A DNA stretch of 64,000 nucleotides. Origin: Sandaracinaceae bacterium. GTDB lineage: Bacteria; Myxococcota_A; Polyangia; Polyangiales; Sandaracinaceae. Shown here in pieces: positions 49,961 through 60,741 of the stretch (positions within the stretch are counted from its first letter, which is position 1; each line of letters starts with the position of its first letter). Under the pieces are notes generated by a model. That model searched no databases. It saw nothing but the letters and a program-made list of their open reading frames with translations, and was not told the DNA's origin. Location of the stretch: assembly GCA_044220955.1 (NCBI GenBank), contig JBGAQA010000032.1, positions 1 through 64,000 on the forward strand, in the 5' to 3' direction. Both the position numbers and the translations under genes were made by a program.

Positions 49961-52039
49961 ATGCGTCGATCGCTGCTGCTGCTGCTCGTCTCGCTCCTCG
50001 CGATCGCATGCGGCCCCGCCGCGCGCGCCACCGGCCCGACCATCGCCGCGATCGGAGGTGCGCGCTCGGTCCGCGCGATCACCGATCTCGAGGAGGCGCG
50101 CGACATCGCCACGCTCGGCGACGCGACGCTCGTGGCGACCGACGACGGTCTGTTGATCTACGGCTCGCCGGACGAGCTGCCCACGCGCCTCGGCATCGAC
50201 GAGGGCCTGCCGAGCGAGGACGTGATCGCGATCGCCGTCGACGGGGACGCCGCGCTCGTCGCGACGGCGGCGGGGCTGGTCCGCGTGAGCGGAACCACGG
50301 TCACGCCGATCACGGACGCGCCACCGACGCAGCGAGTCACCGACCTCGCGGTCACGGCCGACGGCACCGCGTGGGTCTGCAGCCTCTCCGGCGTCGTGCG
50401 CCGTCGCGCCGGGGCCTGGGAGGTCTTCGGCGATCCGTTCGCCTGCACGACGCTCGCGCCGACCCCGGAAGGGCAGCTCTGGATCGGCACCACCGCGGGG
50501 CTCTACTACGTGGAGCCGGGCGGCGGTGAGGAGGGCGACGTCGTGCGCGAGCACGCGATCTCGGGCGGGATCCCCGAGGGCTACGTCCGCGCGATCGTGC
50601 CCGTGCTGCCCGGACAGATCCTCGCGCTGCTCTCCGGCCCGAACAGCACGAAGCTCGGCTTCTACGACGGCAACCACTGGTACGGCTACGCGCTGCCCGC
50701 CGCCGAGGAAGAGCGCGTCGTCGGCCTCGTGTCGAACGAGGGGATCACGACGCTCGTGACGACCGAGCACGCGTACGTCGTGGCTCCGAACGGCGGCGGC
50801 TCGTCGTTCTCGGCGACCGACGCGGGCGATGCGACCGTGCGCAGCTTCCGCGCGACGCTCACGCCGGCCGCGCAGGCGACGCCGCCTGCCGAGGTCAGCG
50901 CCGCCGAGACGCTCCGGGCGCCCTCGAGCTTCGCGCAGCCGCGGACGGCGCCACGGAGCGCGCCGGGCCTCGTCGCGCGAGCGTACGATCTCGGCGGAGC
51001 GACGCGCTTCTACCGTGCGCTCTCGGACGGAGATCGCGCCTACGTCGGCATCGCGAACGAGGGCGTCATGCGCATCACGCGCGGCGGCGGCACCCGCTAC
51101 CAGTCACGCTCGCTCGTGCACGCGGAGGATCTCCAGGTCGCGACCGACACGGAGAGCGCCGTCTGGGTGCGCGGCCGCGACAACGACATCGCGCGCATGG
51201 TCGACGGACGCCTCCGCCGGCTCGCGCTGCCGCGCACCATCTCCCCGCAGGCCGTCGCCTCGGGCCCGGAGGGCGCCTACCTCGTCGCGCTCGTCCTCGA
51301 CGAGCAGCTCCGCCCGACGAACGTCGTGCGCATCTTCACCTCCACGCACTCCGGCTTCCGTCAGCTCGTCGAGCGCACCCTCACCGTGCCGACCTCGCTG
51401 GTGTCGATCCCGTTCGCGGGCGTCGACCGGGACGGGCGCGTGTGGCTCGGCCTGCGCATCGCCCGCGAGGAGGGCGAGGGCAGCCGCATGTATGGCGCCG
51501 CCACGATCGACCCCGGCAGCGAGACGGTCCTCTATCACCACCGCGACGCGGCGCAGGGCACGGGCCTGCCGATCCCGGAGGAGGTCTCGACGATGGCCTT
51601 CGACGCGGCGGGCAACGCGTGGTTCGCGACCCTCTCGGGTGCGGTGCGCGTCGAGCCGTTCCAGGCCATCGTCTTCGGCGAGGCGCGCGGCGTTCGCGGC
51701 GACGTGGTGACGGACGTGGTGGCGGGGACCAACGTGATGTGGATCGCCGCGGCGGAGGGGCTCGGCAGCTACGCGGAGCGCGAGTTCGACTTCTTCCAGC
51801 CGCCGATCGTCTCCGAGCACCGACCCACGTCGCTCGCGGCCGACTCCGCGGGGCACATCTGGGCCGCCGGCCGCTACGGCCTCTTGCAGCACGACGGCGA
51901 GGCGTGGGCGCACTTCGACAGCGCGAGCGGCCTACCGACCGACGACCTCCGCGACGTGGAGGTCGACGGTCAGGGCCACGTCTGGCTGCTCACCGAGCGT
52001 GCGCTGCTCGTGCTCGAGCCAGCGCGCCCGAGCCGCTGA
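49961..52039 (+). CDS. Beta-propeller lipoprotein (two-component-regulator propeller-like repeats)
   Basis: Lipobox AIAC; GLPS..V..IA.D, LWIGT..GL, GLP.DD...V.VD..G.VW. Confidence 0.75.
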   Translation: MRRSLLLLLVSLLAIACGPAARATGPTIAAIGGARSVRAITDLEEARDIATLGDATLVATDDGLLIYGSPDELPTRLGIDEGLPSEDVIAIAVDGDAALVATAAGLVRVSGTTVTPITDAPPTQRVTDLAVTADGTAWVCSLSGVVRRRAGAWEVFGDPFACTTLAPTPEGQLWIGTTAGLYYVEPGGGEEGDVVREHAISGGIPEGYVRAIVPVLPGQILALLSGPNSTKLGFYDGNHWYGYALPAAEEERVVGLVSNEGITTLVTTEHAYVVAPNGGGSSFSATDAGDATVRSFRATLTPAAQATPPAEVSAAETLRAPSSFAQPRTAPRSAPGLVARAYDLGGATRFYRALSDGDRAYVGIANEGVMRITRGGGTRYQSRSLVHAEDLQVATDTESAVWVRGRDNDIARMVDGRLRRLALPRTISPQAVASGPEGAYLVALVLDEQLRPTNVVRIFTSTHSGFRQLVERTLTVPTSLVSIPFAGVDRDGRVWLGLRIAREEGEGSRMYGAATIDPGSETVLYHHRDAAQGTGLPIPEEVSTMAFDAAGNAWFATLSGAVRVEPFQAIVFGEARGVRGDVVTDVVAGTNVMWIAAAEGLGSYAEREFDFFQPPIVSEHRPTSLAADSAGHIWAAGRYGLLQHDGEAWAHFDSASGLPTDDLRDVEVDGQGHVWLLTERALLVLEPARPSR

Positions 52040-52051
52040 CCGACCTCCGCG

Positions 52052-52495
52052 TCACTTCTTGGCGCCCGGCGGCGGCTTCGGCGGCATCGACTTCGTACCG
52101 AGCTTGGCCGCGACCTCCTCCATCTCGTAGTCGACGGTCAGGTCGGCGTACTCGCTGGCCTTGAGGCCGAGTGCCTTGCCGAGGCTCACGATGTAGTCGT
52201 CCTCGGCGAAGTCGATCTCCTCGTCGGCGTCGCGGATCGTGCAGCAGAGCTCGAGGAGCCTTCGCGGCTCGAGCTTGCTCGCCTTCTTGAACTCCGCGGC
52301 GCTCTTCTCCAGGGAGAACTTCTTCGCGTCGAAGCCGCCGATGCGTGCCTCGACGTCGGCGGGGAGCGCCTTTCCGCCGTGCAGTTCCTTGAGGAGATCG
52401 CGCACCGCCATCACTTCGGTGCCATCGCTCGTCCCGTCGGCGTGCGCCGCGCCGAGCAAGATGTCCGTCACCACCAACAAGCTCGCGTCCGACAT
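52052..52495 (-). CDS. TerB-like protein
   Basis: LLGAAHADG.....E...V; I.DAD..ID..ED.Y...L...LGL. Confidence 0.75.
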   Translation of the reverse strand: MSDASLLVVTDILLGAAHADGTSDGTEVMAVRDLLKELHGGKALPADVEARIGGFDAKKFSLEKSAAEFKKASKLEPRRLLELCCTIRDADEEIDFAEDDYIVSLGKALGLKASEYADLTVDYEMEEVAAKLGTKSMPPKPPPGAKK

Positions 52496-52665
52496 TCGTG
52501 TCTCCCTCGAGAGTGGGCAGAGACTACACGCGATCGGCCGCCGCGTGCGACGCGCTCGGCGGCGGCCGTGCCCCCCGCGAGCGGGGTCGGGACGAGCTGT
52601 GGACGACGTCGGGCAAGTCGTCGAAACCACGATGAATTCGACACCGATCTCGCGGGTGCTAACCT

Positions 52666-53478
52666 GTGGATCGTCCGAGGAGGAACTTGCGGAGCAAGCA
52701 GACGAGCCGACCGCCCGCCGCCCCGGCGTGGGCGGTGCCCACGGCGACGGCCTCGGTGCTCGGTCCCTCGGACCGCGCGCTGGAGCGCGCGATCGCGGCG
52801 CGCGATCCCGAGGAGCGCGAGCGCTGGGCCCGCGAGGGCCTCGATGCCGAAGATCCGAGGCGGGCGCCCGACACGCAGTTCCTCCTGCTGCGGCAGCTCT
52901 ATCTCGCGAGGCTCGAGCGCGACCGGTGGGACGACGCCGTCGCGCTCGCCGGTGTGATGGCCGAGGTCGGACCCTTCTCCGATCTCGCGCACAACGACCG
53001 GAGCCGGGCTCTGAGCGCGCGCGGCGACGGCGACGCCGCGATCGAGGCGCAGCGCGAGGCGCTCCGGGCTGCACCACCCGAGCGACGCAGCTTCCAGGGG
53101 TTCTTCCTGGCCACGCTGCTCCACTTCGCCGGCAAGAGGGCCGAGGCGCTCGCCGTCATCGCGCGCGCCGAGAAGGCGGCCGCCCGCGATCGGCCCCTCG
53201 TGCGGGCTCTCGCCGCGTACATCCGCCTCGACGGCGGCCTCCCCGTGCCGGGTCTCTCCGAGGTCGTCGAGCAGCTGGCGCGCAGCCGGGCGCGCGAGGG
53301 CTACGGTCAGTACCTCCTGGGGATGATCGCCCACCACCTCGGCGACCGACGCAAGGCCGCCGCGCACCTGCGAGCCTTCCTGAGGCGCAACGCGTCGATC
53401 GACAGGGCCAAGCTGGTCACCCTGCGCGAGGAGCTGCACCGGGCGCGGCGCGTCCTGGCCGACGGCGAGCTGGATTGA
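52666..53478 (+). CDS. TPR-like helical repeat protein (start uncertain)
   Basis: Ala/Arg/Leu helical repeats, e.g. YLLGMIAHHLGDRRKAAAHLRAFL. Confidence 0.6.
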   Translation: MDRPRRNLRSKQTSRPPAAPAWAVPTATASVLGPSDRALERAIAARDPEERERWAREGLDAEDPRRAPDTQFLLLRQLYLARLERDRWDDAVALAGVMAEVGPFSDLAHNDRSRALSARGDGDAAIEAQREALRAAPPERRSFQGFFLATLLHFAGKRAEALAVIARAEKAAARDRPLVRALAAYIRLDGGLPVPGLSEVVEQLARSRAREGYGQYLLGMIAHHLGDRRKAAAHLRAFLRRNASIDRAKLVTLREELHRARRVLADGELD

Positions 53479-53620
53479 CGCGACCGGGCCGCTCACCCCG
53501 GAGGACCGGTCGCGCGAGCCGACGCCCTGGCAGACCGGATCGGAGCCAAGATCCGGCCCGACGAGGGTGCCCAATCGCCAGCTTGGTCCGCGCACCCCGT
53601 CTCGATAGAATGCCGGTCGA

Positions 53621-55282
<1,662 letters not shown>

Positions 55283-55321
55283 GCGGCGGGCTCGACCTCG
55301 CGCGCGGCGCGGGTCGACGGC

Positions 55322-55867
55322 TCACCGAGCGGGGAGCGTGAACGCGTTGCTCTCGACCCGGTGTGCGCCGTCGCAGGTCGTGACGACGAGGCGATAGCGG
55401 CCCGGGGCGACGGGACCGCATCGCGTGCAGACGCACTGCATGTCGCCCCAGGTCCCGAGCCAGGCCGGCGGAAGCAGCTCGGCGCCTGGCGCGAGCGTCA
55501 CGCAGGGCTCGGGCTCGCGCGCGCAGTCGTATCGCAGCGCCAGGGTGGAGCTCGAGGGTGCCCCCGAGAACGAGCCGCCCTCGTCGACCTCGACGACCAC
55601 GGCCGACCGTAGAGACGCATCGGCGCCGCCGTGGTTGGCGATCGAGATCGCGACGCCGTCCGGGCCCGGCGTCGCGACGAGCGCCAGGGTGGGGGCCGGC
55701 CCTGGCGGGGGTGCTGCGGTCGTCGGTGGAGCGGCGACCTCCTCGACGGCCTCCGCGGGCGGCGGCGTGGCTTCCGTCGGCGCGGTGGGCGGCCGCGGCT
55801 GGGTGGGCTCGGGCGCGCCGCCACACGAGCTGAACGCGAGCGCGATCGTTAGGCAGGCGACACGCAT
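55322..55867 (-). CDS. Cys-rich lipoprotein with a QCxCxxC motif (paralogue of 33366-33839)
   Basis: MRVACLTIALAFSSC; LRYDC...CVTL..G.....AW....GDMQCVCTRCG....GRYR..VT.CDG. Confidence 0.7.
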   Translation of the reverse strand: MRVACLTIALAFSSCGGAPEPTQPRPPTAPTEATPPPAEAVEEVAAPPTTAAPPPGPAPTLALVATPGPDGVAISIANHGGADASLRSAVVVEVDEGGSFSGAPSSSTLALRYDCAREPEPCVTLAPGAELLPPAWLGTWGDMQCVCTRCGPVAPGRYRLVVTTCDGAHRVESNAFTLPAR

Positions 55868-55965
55868 GTGCGAGTCGACCGACTGTGGCACGTCCTCCGC
55901 TCGAGCGAGAAGGAAACGGCGTCGGGATCGGCGCTCGAGACGCGCGGAGCGCCTCGATCTCAGGC

Positions 55966-56301
55966 TCAGACCTTGGCTCCGTGCCCCGCCCGGAGGCTGT
56001 CGCGCGAGAGCTCGACGGTGTCCGAGAAGGGCAGCACGAGCTTCTCTTCGTTCGCCGAGATGGCGCGCGCCGTCTTGATCGCCGCGGCGATCGCGTCGTC
56101 GGCGTCGCGGGCGCCTCGCGCCTCCTTCGGGATGTCGAGCGAGGTCGCGCGCCGCTCGAGCACGGGGATCACGTGCGTGCGCACCTCGCTCGCCGCGTGT
56201 GCCAGGCGCCCGCGCGCGCGCTCGAGCGGGCGCGCCCAGACGAAGAAGCCGATCGCGATGCCGACGAAGACACCCAGACCGGTCGCGAGGGCGGGAACCA
56301 T
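55966..56301 (-). CDS. Small single-TM hypothetical protein
   Basis: N-terminal hydrophobic helix followed by a helical body; collinear with neighbours. Confidence 0.55.
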   Translation of the reverse strand: MVPALATGLGVFVGIAIGFFVWARPLERARGRLAHAASEVRTHVIPVLERRATSLDIPKEARGARDADDAIAAAIKTARAISANEEKLVLPFSDTVELSRDSLRAGHGAKV

Positions 56302-56333
56302 CGGGGAATCCTATACGGGCGGTCGCGCCCGGG

Positions 56334-57308
56334 TCACGGAAACACGAAGATCGCGTCTTCTCCGTACGTCTCCACGAGCGCGGAGACGTACGAGATCAGG
56401 CCCTCGCGCCGGTCGAGCAGCGCCCGCAGCTGCGGCTCGTCCAGGAGCGGTCCGCCGAGCTCGTCGGCCGTCGCCGCCTCGAGCGTCGCGCGGTCGAGCG
56501 CGACGAGACGCTCGTACGTGTGGCGCGAGAACGTCTGCGTGCGGCGCAGCTCGGTGAGCACGCGCTCCATGTTCGCGTCGCTCGGCCGGGCGGCGAACGC
56601 GAGGTTGTGGTCCCGGATGACGACGCGCCGCACGCCCTCGTTGGTGACCGTGCGGAGGTTTCCGCCGCTCATGCGGTCGACGTTCGCGATGAGGAAGTCG
56701 AAGAGCGCCATGTTGGAGAGGTCGCGCGCGAGGAGACGGCTCTCTGCCGGGATCTCCGCGCCCGCCTCGAGCCACGCGCTCCAGCGCAGGATCCCTGCCG
56801 CGGAGTCGAGGTCGCTCGTGCGCTCGAGGTTGGGGACCCAGTAGCTCGCCGCGCCGCGCAGGCCGCGTGGGCTGAACACGAGCCACGCGAAGAGCTCGTC
56901 GACGTCTCCTTCCCACTGCGGATCGATGCGGCGGCGGAGGCGCTGGCGGTCGATGACGGTCGCCACGGTGGGCGGCACGTTGTCGAAGTCGAGCACCTCG
57001 GCCATGCGGAACGCCGCGATCTCGTTGAGCCAGCCGCGCGGCTGGTTGCGCGACTCGGGGCGGAAGGCGGCGTCGATCGGACCCTCGAGCTGCAGCTGGA
57101 AGCTGATCGTGGTCGTGCCGATCGGGTGGAAGTTGTCCTCGTGCGCCGTGTAGAGCGCAGCCACGATCGATGCGATCGAGAGGGTCGAGTTCGCGAAGCG
57201 GCGCTCGTCCTCGCGCCCGTCCTGCGCGCGGAGCGCACCCGCGCCCACCGTGCTCGCGAGGACGAGCACGATCGCTCTGAGCGCGGTTCGTCGACTCTTG
57301 GCGTTCAC
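56334..57308 (-). CDS. Secreted atypical kinase-like protein (Fam20C/four-jointed/PI4K-II-like motifs)
   Basis: Signal peptide ending ALRA-QD; EIAAFRMAEVLDFDNVPP, LFDFLIANVDR, DHNLAF. Confidence 0.7.
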   Translation of the reverse strand: MNAKSRRTALRAIVLVLASTVGAGALRAQDGREDERRFANSTLSIASIVAALYTAHEDNFHPIGTTTISFQLQLEGPIDAAFRPESRNQPRGWLNEIAAFRMAEVLDFDNVPPTVATVIDRQRLRRRIDPQWEGDVDELFAWLVFSPRGLRGAASYWVPNLERTSDLDSAAGILRWSAWLEAGAEIPAESRLLARDLSNMALFDFLIANVDRMSGGNLRTVTNEGVRRVVIRDHNLAFAARPSDANMERVLTELRRTQTFSRHTYERLVALDRATLEAATADELGGPLLDEPQLRALLDRREGLISYVSALVETYGEDAIFVFP

Positions 57309-57321
57309 TTGGACCGGGTGT

Positions 57322-58470
57322 TCACTTGTACTGAGCGAGCACGTTCTTCGCGATGACCATGCGCTGCACCTGCGAGGTGCCCTCGTAGATCTGGAGGATC
57401 TTCGCGTCGCGCATGAGCTTCTCGACCGGGTAGTCCTTCATGTAGCCGTTGCCGCCGAAGATCTGGACCGCGTCGGTCGCGACCTGCATCGCCGCGTCGG
57501 CGCCGAAGGCCTTGCTGTAGCTCGAGACGATGCTGTTCTTCTCGCCCTGGTCGATCATCCAGGCGGCCTTGAGCATCATCAGGTGCGTCGCTTCGTACTT
57601 CATCGCCATCTCGGCGATCATGAACTGCACGGCCTGGTGGTTCGCGATCTGCGTGCCGAAGGTCTTGCGCTCCCAGGCGTAGCGGCCGCACTCGTCGAGC
57701 GAGCGACGCATGATCCCGCACGCGCCCGCGGCGATGTCGGGGCGCGTCCGGTCGAACGTCTGCATCGCGACCTTGAAGCCGTCGCCCGCCTCCGCGAGCA
57801 CGTTCTCCTTCTTCACGACGACGTCCTCGAGGATGACCGTCGCCGTGTCGCTCGCGCGCTGGCCCATCTTGTCCTCCTTCTTGCCGATGGAGAGGCCGGG
57901 CGTGTCCCGATCCACGATGAGCGCCATGATCGCCTTGTGCCGCGAGCTCGGGTCCGTCGTCGCGAAGACCACGTACCAGCTCGCCCAGGAGGCGTTCGTG
58001 ATGAAGCACTTCTGGCCGCTCAGCACCCAGTCGTCGCCGACCTTGCGCGCGCGGCACTGGATGCCCGCCGCGTCCGAGCCCGCCGCGGGCTCCGTGATGG
58101 CGTAGGCCGCGAAGACCGGCGCGCTCGTCAGCATGCCGAGGTACTTCTTCTTCAGCGCCTCGCTGCCGGCGATCATCACCGGGGTCGCGGCGAGCGCGTT
58201 GGCCGTCATCGAGGTCTGGATGCCGGTGCAGCCGTACGCGAGCTCCTCCGTGATCAGGACGTGCTCGATCTCGTGCAGGCCAGCGCCGCCGTACGCCTCG
58301 GGGATGTTCGGCGCGACGAGCCCCAGCTTCCACGCCTCGTCGAAGACGTCCTTCGGGAACTTCCCGTCGTGATCGGCCTTGGCCGCCACGGGGATGATCC
58401 TGGACTTGGTGAACTGCCGCGCGACGTCGCGGAGCTGCTGCTGTTCCTCGGAGAGCTGAAAGCTGAGCAT
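57322..58470 (-). CDS. Acyl-CoA dehydrogenase (medium-chain-like)
   Basis: EELAYGCTG, AITEPAAGSD, GQKCFITN, QIFGGNGY..DYPVEKLMRDAKILQIYEGT. Confidence 0.95.
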   Translation of the reverse strand: MLSFQLSEEQQQLRDVARQFTKSRIIPVAAKADHDGKFPKDVFDEAWKLGLVAPNIPEAYGGAGLHEIEHVLITEELAYGCTGIQTSMTANALAATPVMIAGSEALKKKYLGMLTSAPVFAAYAITEPAAGSDAAGIQCRARKVGDDWVLSGQKCFITNASWASWYVVFATTDPSSRHKAIMALIVDRDTPGLSIGKKEDKMGQRASDTATVILEDVVVKKENVLAEAGDGFKVAMQTFDRTRPDIAAGACGIMRRSLDECGRYAWERKTFGTQIANHQAVQFMIAEMAMKYEATHLMMLKAAWMIDQGEKNSIVSSYSKAFGADAAMQVATDAVQIFGGNGYMKDYPVEKLMRDAKILQIYEGTSQVQRMVIAKNVLAQYK

Positions 58471-58490
58471 CGGACCTTCCTCTTGCCGCT

Positions 58491-58625
58491 CTATTTCCTG
58501 CGTTCTCGCTCGCGCCGCGCGAGCTCGGCCCGCGCGGCGCGCGCACCCATCGAATAGCCGATCGCGATTCCGATCAGCAGCATCCCGGGGATGAAGAGCA
58601 CGTGCTCGGCGCTCGGCAGCCCCAT
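58491..58625 (-). CDS. 44-aa single-TM small protein downstream of ccmD
   Basis: GAGG before ATG; MGLPSAEHVLFIPGMLLIGIAIGYSMG plus basic tail; 2 bp from the upstream stop. Confidence 0.6.
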   Translation of the reverse strand: MGLPSAEHVLFIPGMLLIGIAIGYSMGARAARAELARRERERRK

Positions 58626-58627
58626 CC

Positions 58628-58903
58628 TCAGTCCTTCTTCTTCGTCAGCAGGCCCTCGAGCCGGGTGAGCTCCTTCGCCGCCGACTGCTGCATCGCGGTC
58701 AGGTAGACCACGTAGGCCGCCAGGAGGAAGAGGACGATCGCGTAGGCCACGACGAGCAGCGTCCCGCCGGGGATGTCCTCGTGGCCTCCAGCCTGGAAGC
58801 TCGTGGGTCGATCCCCCGTCGTGTCCTGCGCGAGCGCGAGCACGGGCAGGGCGTTCGACGCCAGCGCTCCCAACGCGCCCCACGCCCACTCGCGGTTCGT
58901 CAC
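58628..58903 (-). CDS. ccmD: Heme exporter protein D-like
   Basis: GTG overlaps the ccmC stop; LVVAYAIVLFLLAAYVVYL TM followed by a charged helix. Confidence 0.65.
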   Translation of the reverse strand: MTNREWAWGALGALASNALPVLALAQDTTGDRPTSFQAGGHEDIPGGTLLVVAYAIVLFLLAAYVVYLTAMQQSAAKELTRLEGLLTKKKD

Positions 58904-59622
58904 GTCGCGTCCTCCGTCAGCCCTTCGCTCGCCACGCCGTCCGCGAGCGTCGCGAGCCGGTGCCGGGTCAGCTCCGCGCGCGCGCGCGCCCACACGAGCA
59001 CGATCGCGAGCAGCGTGAAGAGCAGGAACCCGAAGAGCAGCGGCGGCACCATGTCGGGATGCAGTCCGCCGCCGCGGCCGGTGATCACGGTGGGGTGCTG
59101 GCCGCGCCACGCCTGGACCGAGTAGTGGATCACGGGCAAGAGGAAGAAGCCCACGATCCCGAGCGCGGCGGCGAAGCGCTTCTCTGCCTCGCCCGCTGCG
59201 CCGATCGAGCGCAGCGCGACGAAGGACGCGAAGATCATCGCAGCCAGGAGCGTCGTCGTCAGGCGCGGGTCCCACGTCCAGAAGGTGCCCCACGCGTTGC
59301 GCGCCCAGAGCGGCCCGGTGACCAGGACGATCACGCAGAAGAGCAGGCCCACCTCGGCGCCGGCGACCCCCAGCGCGTCGAAGCGCGCCTCGCGCTTCCA
59401 GAGGTAGCCCACGCTCCCGATCATCGCGAGCGTGAACCCGACGTACATCGCGTAGGCGCTCGGCACGTGGAAGTAGAAGATCTTCTGGACGATGCCCATC
59501 TGCAGCTCCACCGGGGCCGCGGCGATCAGGTAGAGGTGCACGGGGAAGAGCAGGGCGGTCATCGCGCCGAGCGCCAGGAGCAGGACCGGGGGTGCCTGCG
59601 GCACGAGCTTCGTCTGCGCCAT
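58900..59622 (-). CDS. ccmC: Heme exporter / cytochrome c biogenesis protein CcmC
   Basis: KIFYFHVPSA, TGPLWA...WGTFWTWDPRLT (WWD motif), PVIHYSV..W..QHP. Confidence 0.93.
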   Translation of the reverse strand: MAQTKLVPQAPPVLLLALGAMTALLFPVHLYLIAAAPVELQMGIVQKIFYFHVPSAYAMYVGFTLAMIGSVGYLWKREARFDALGVAGAEVGLLFCVIVLVTGPLWARNAWGTFWTWDPRLTTTLLAAMIFASFVALRSIGAAGEAEKRFAAALGIVGFFLLPVIHYSVQAWRGQHPTVITGRGGGLHPDMVPPLLFGFLLFTLLAIVLVWARARAELTRHRLATLADGVASEGLTEDAT

Positions 59623-59633
59623 GCGCGGCGAAG

Positions 59634-59975
59634 CTATCGCACGCAGCCGGGGGCGTCGAGAGAGGAGCCGTCGAGCGGGGCGCCGTCGACCGCCCCGTCG
59701 AGCACCGACGCGTCGAGATCGAGCGTCGCGTCCTGGCAGGGGCAGCTCGCGAGCACCTGCGCCGAGGCAGCCGAGCAGTCGGTGCCGACACAAGGGTAGG
59801 TCCGGCCCTCGTGGCGGTACTCGCAGTGCGAGCGCGAGCAGCACGTCTGCACCGGTGCGCCGCGGCAGACGAGGCTCGCCTGGCACATGAGGTCCCCGCT
59901 CGCCTCGCACGCGGTGGCGAGCAGCGCGAGCACGATCCCGACCCCCAGCCCGGCCCCCCGCGCGGTACGCGTCAT
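59634..59975 (-). CDS. Small Cys-rich lipoprotein with a DAG/DG-rich tail
   Basis: Lipobox ATAC; about 10 further Cys; ATG overlaps the upstream stop (ATGA). Confidence 0.65.
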   Translation of the reverse strand: MTRTARGAGLGVGIVLALLATACEASGDLMCQASLVCRGAPVQTCCSRSHCEYRHEGRTYPCVGTDCSAASAQVLASCPCQDATLDLDASVLDGAVDGAPLDGSSLDAPGCVR

Positions 59976-60736
59976 GGTCTCTCGAAGCGCTGCCACGTTC
60001 CGGCGATGCGCCGCTCGTGCGGCAGGTAGGCGAGCTTGTAGCGCATGTGGCGGCTCTCTTCGATCGCGAGGCCGAGGTAGAGCCAGCGCAGCCCGAGCTC
60101 CCTCGCGAGCGCGATCTGCTCGAGGATCGAGTAGGTGCCGAGCGAGAGGTGCGCGAGCGTAGGATCGTAGAACGTGTAGACGGCGGAGAGCGCTTCGGCC
60201 GAGCGGTCGGTGACGGCCACGCCGACGAGCTCGCCGCCGCGCAGGTAGCGGAGCTCGAAGCCGTCGGTGCACGTGTCGACGAGGAACGACTCGTAGCCGT
60301 GCTCGTCGAGCGGCGCCGCGCCGGCCCTGGCGAGCCCGCGCCCCGCCTGGTGCGCGTGATAGAGGGCGAGGCGGCGTGCGTCGGCCGCGAAGGGCCCGCG
60401 CTCGATCGTCAGCTCTCGGCGTCCGCGGGCCAGCGTGCGGCGATGGGTGCGCGAGGGGACGAACGCGGCGACGTCGACCCGGATCGGCTCGCACGCGCGG
60501 CACGCAGGGCACTCCTGCGTGTAGAGGAAGTACCCGGTGCGGCGATCCCCCTGGGCGAGTCGGACGTCGAACTCGGTGCGCGTGAGGCGGCGCGTCGGCA
60601 TCCGCAGGGGTCGCCGCGCGAGCTGGCCCTCGAGGTACGGACAAGCCTCGTCGCCCTCGTGCACGACGAGCTCGGGCGGCGAGGTGGGCAGGAGCCGATG
60701 AACCTTCGGGTCGATGCGCCGAGTATGCGTCATCAT
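59972..60736 (-). CDS. Arginyl-tRNA--protein transferase / Bpt-type aminoacyl transferase
   Basis: CPYL, G.RR.G...Y...CPAC.AC.PIR, SAVYTFYDP....SLGTYSIL, YLG..I.....M.YK. Confidence 0.92.
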   Translation of the reverse strand: MMTHTRRIDPKVHRLLPTSPPELVVHEGDEACPYLEGQLARRPLRMPTRRLTRTEFDVRLAQGDRRTGYFLYTQECPACRACEPIRVDVAAFVPSRTHRRTLARGRRELTIERGPFAADARRLALYHAHQAGRGLARAGAAPLDEHGYESFLVDTCTDGFELRYLRGGELVGVAVTDRSAEALSAVYTFYDPTLAHLSLGTYSILEQIALARELGLRWLYLGLAIEESRHMRYKLAYLPHERRIAGTWQRFERP

Positions 60737-60741
60737 CGGGC

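Noticed and set aside
53479..53514. CGCGACCGG/CCGGTCGCG inverted repeat after the TPR gene
   Set aside because: Long loop and no U-tract; such stems are common at this GC content.
55886..55902. TGGCACG-N-GC sigma-54-like motif
   Set aside because: It points on the + strand into minus-strand genes, and the -12 element lacks TT; probably chance.
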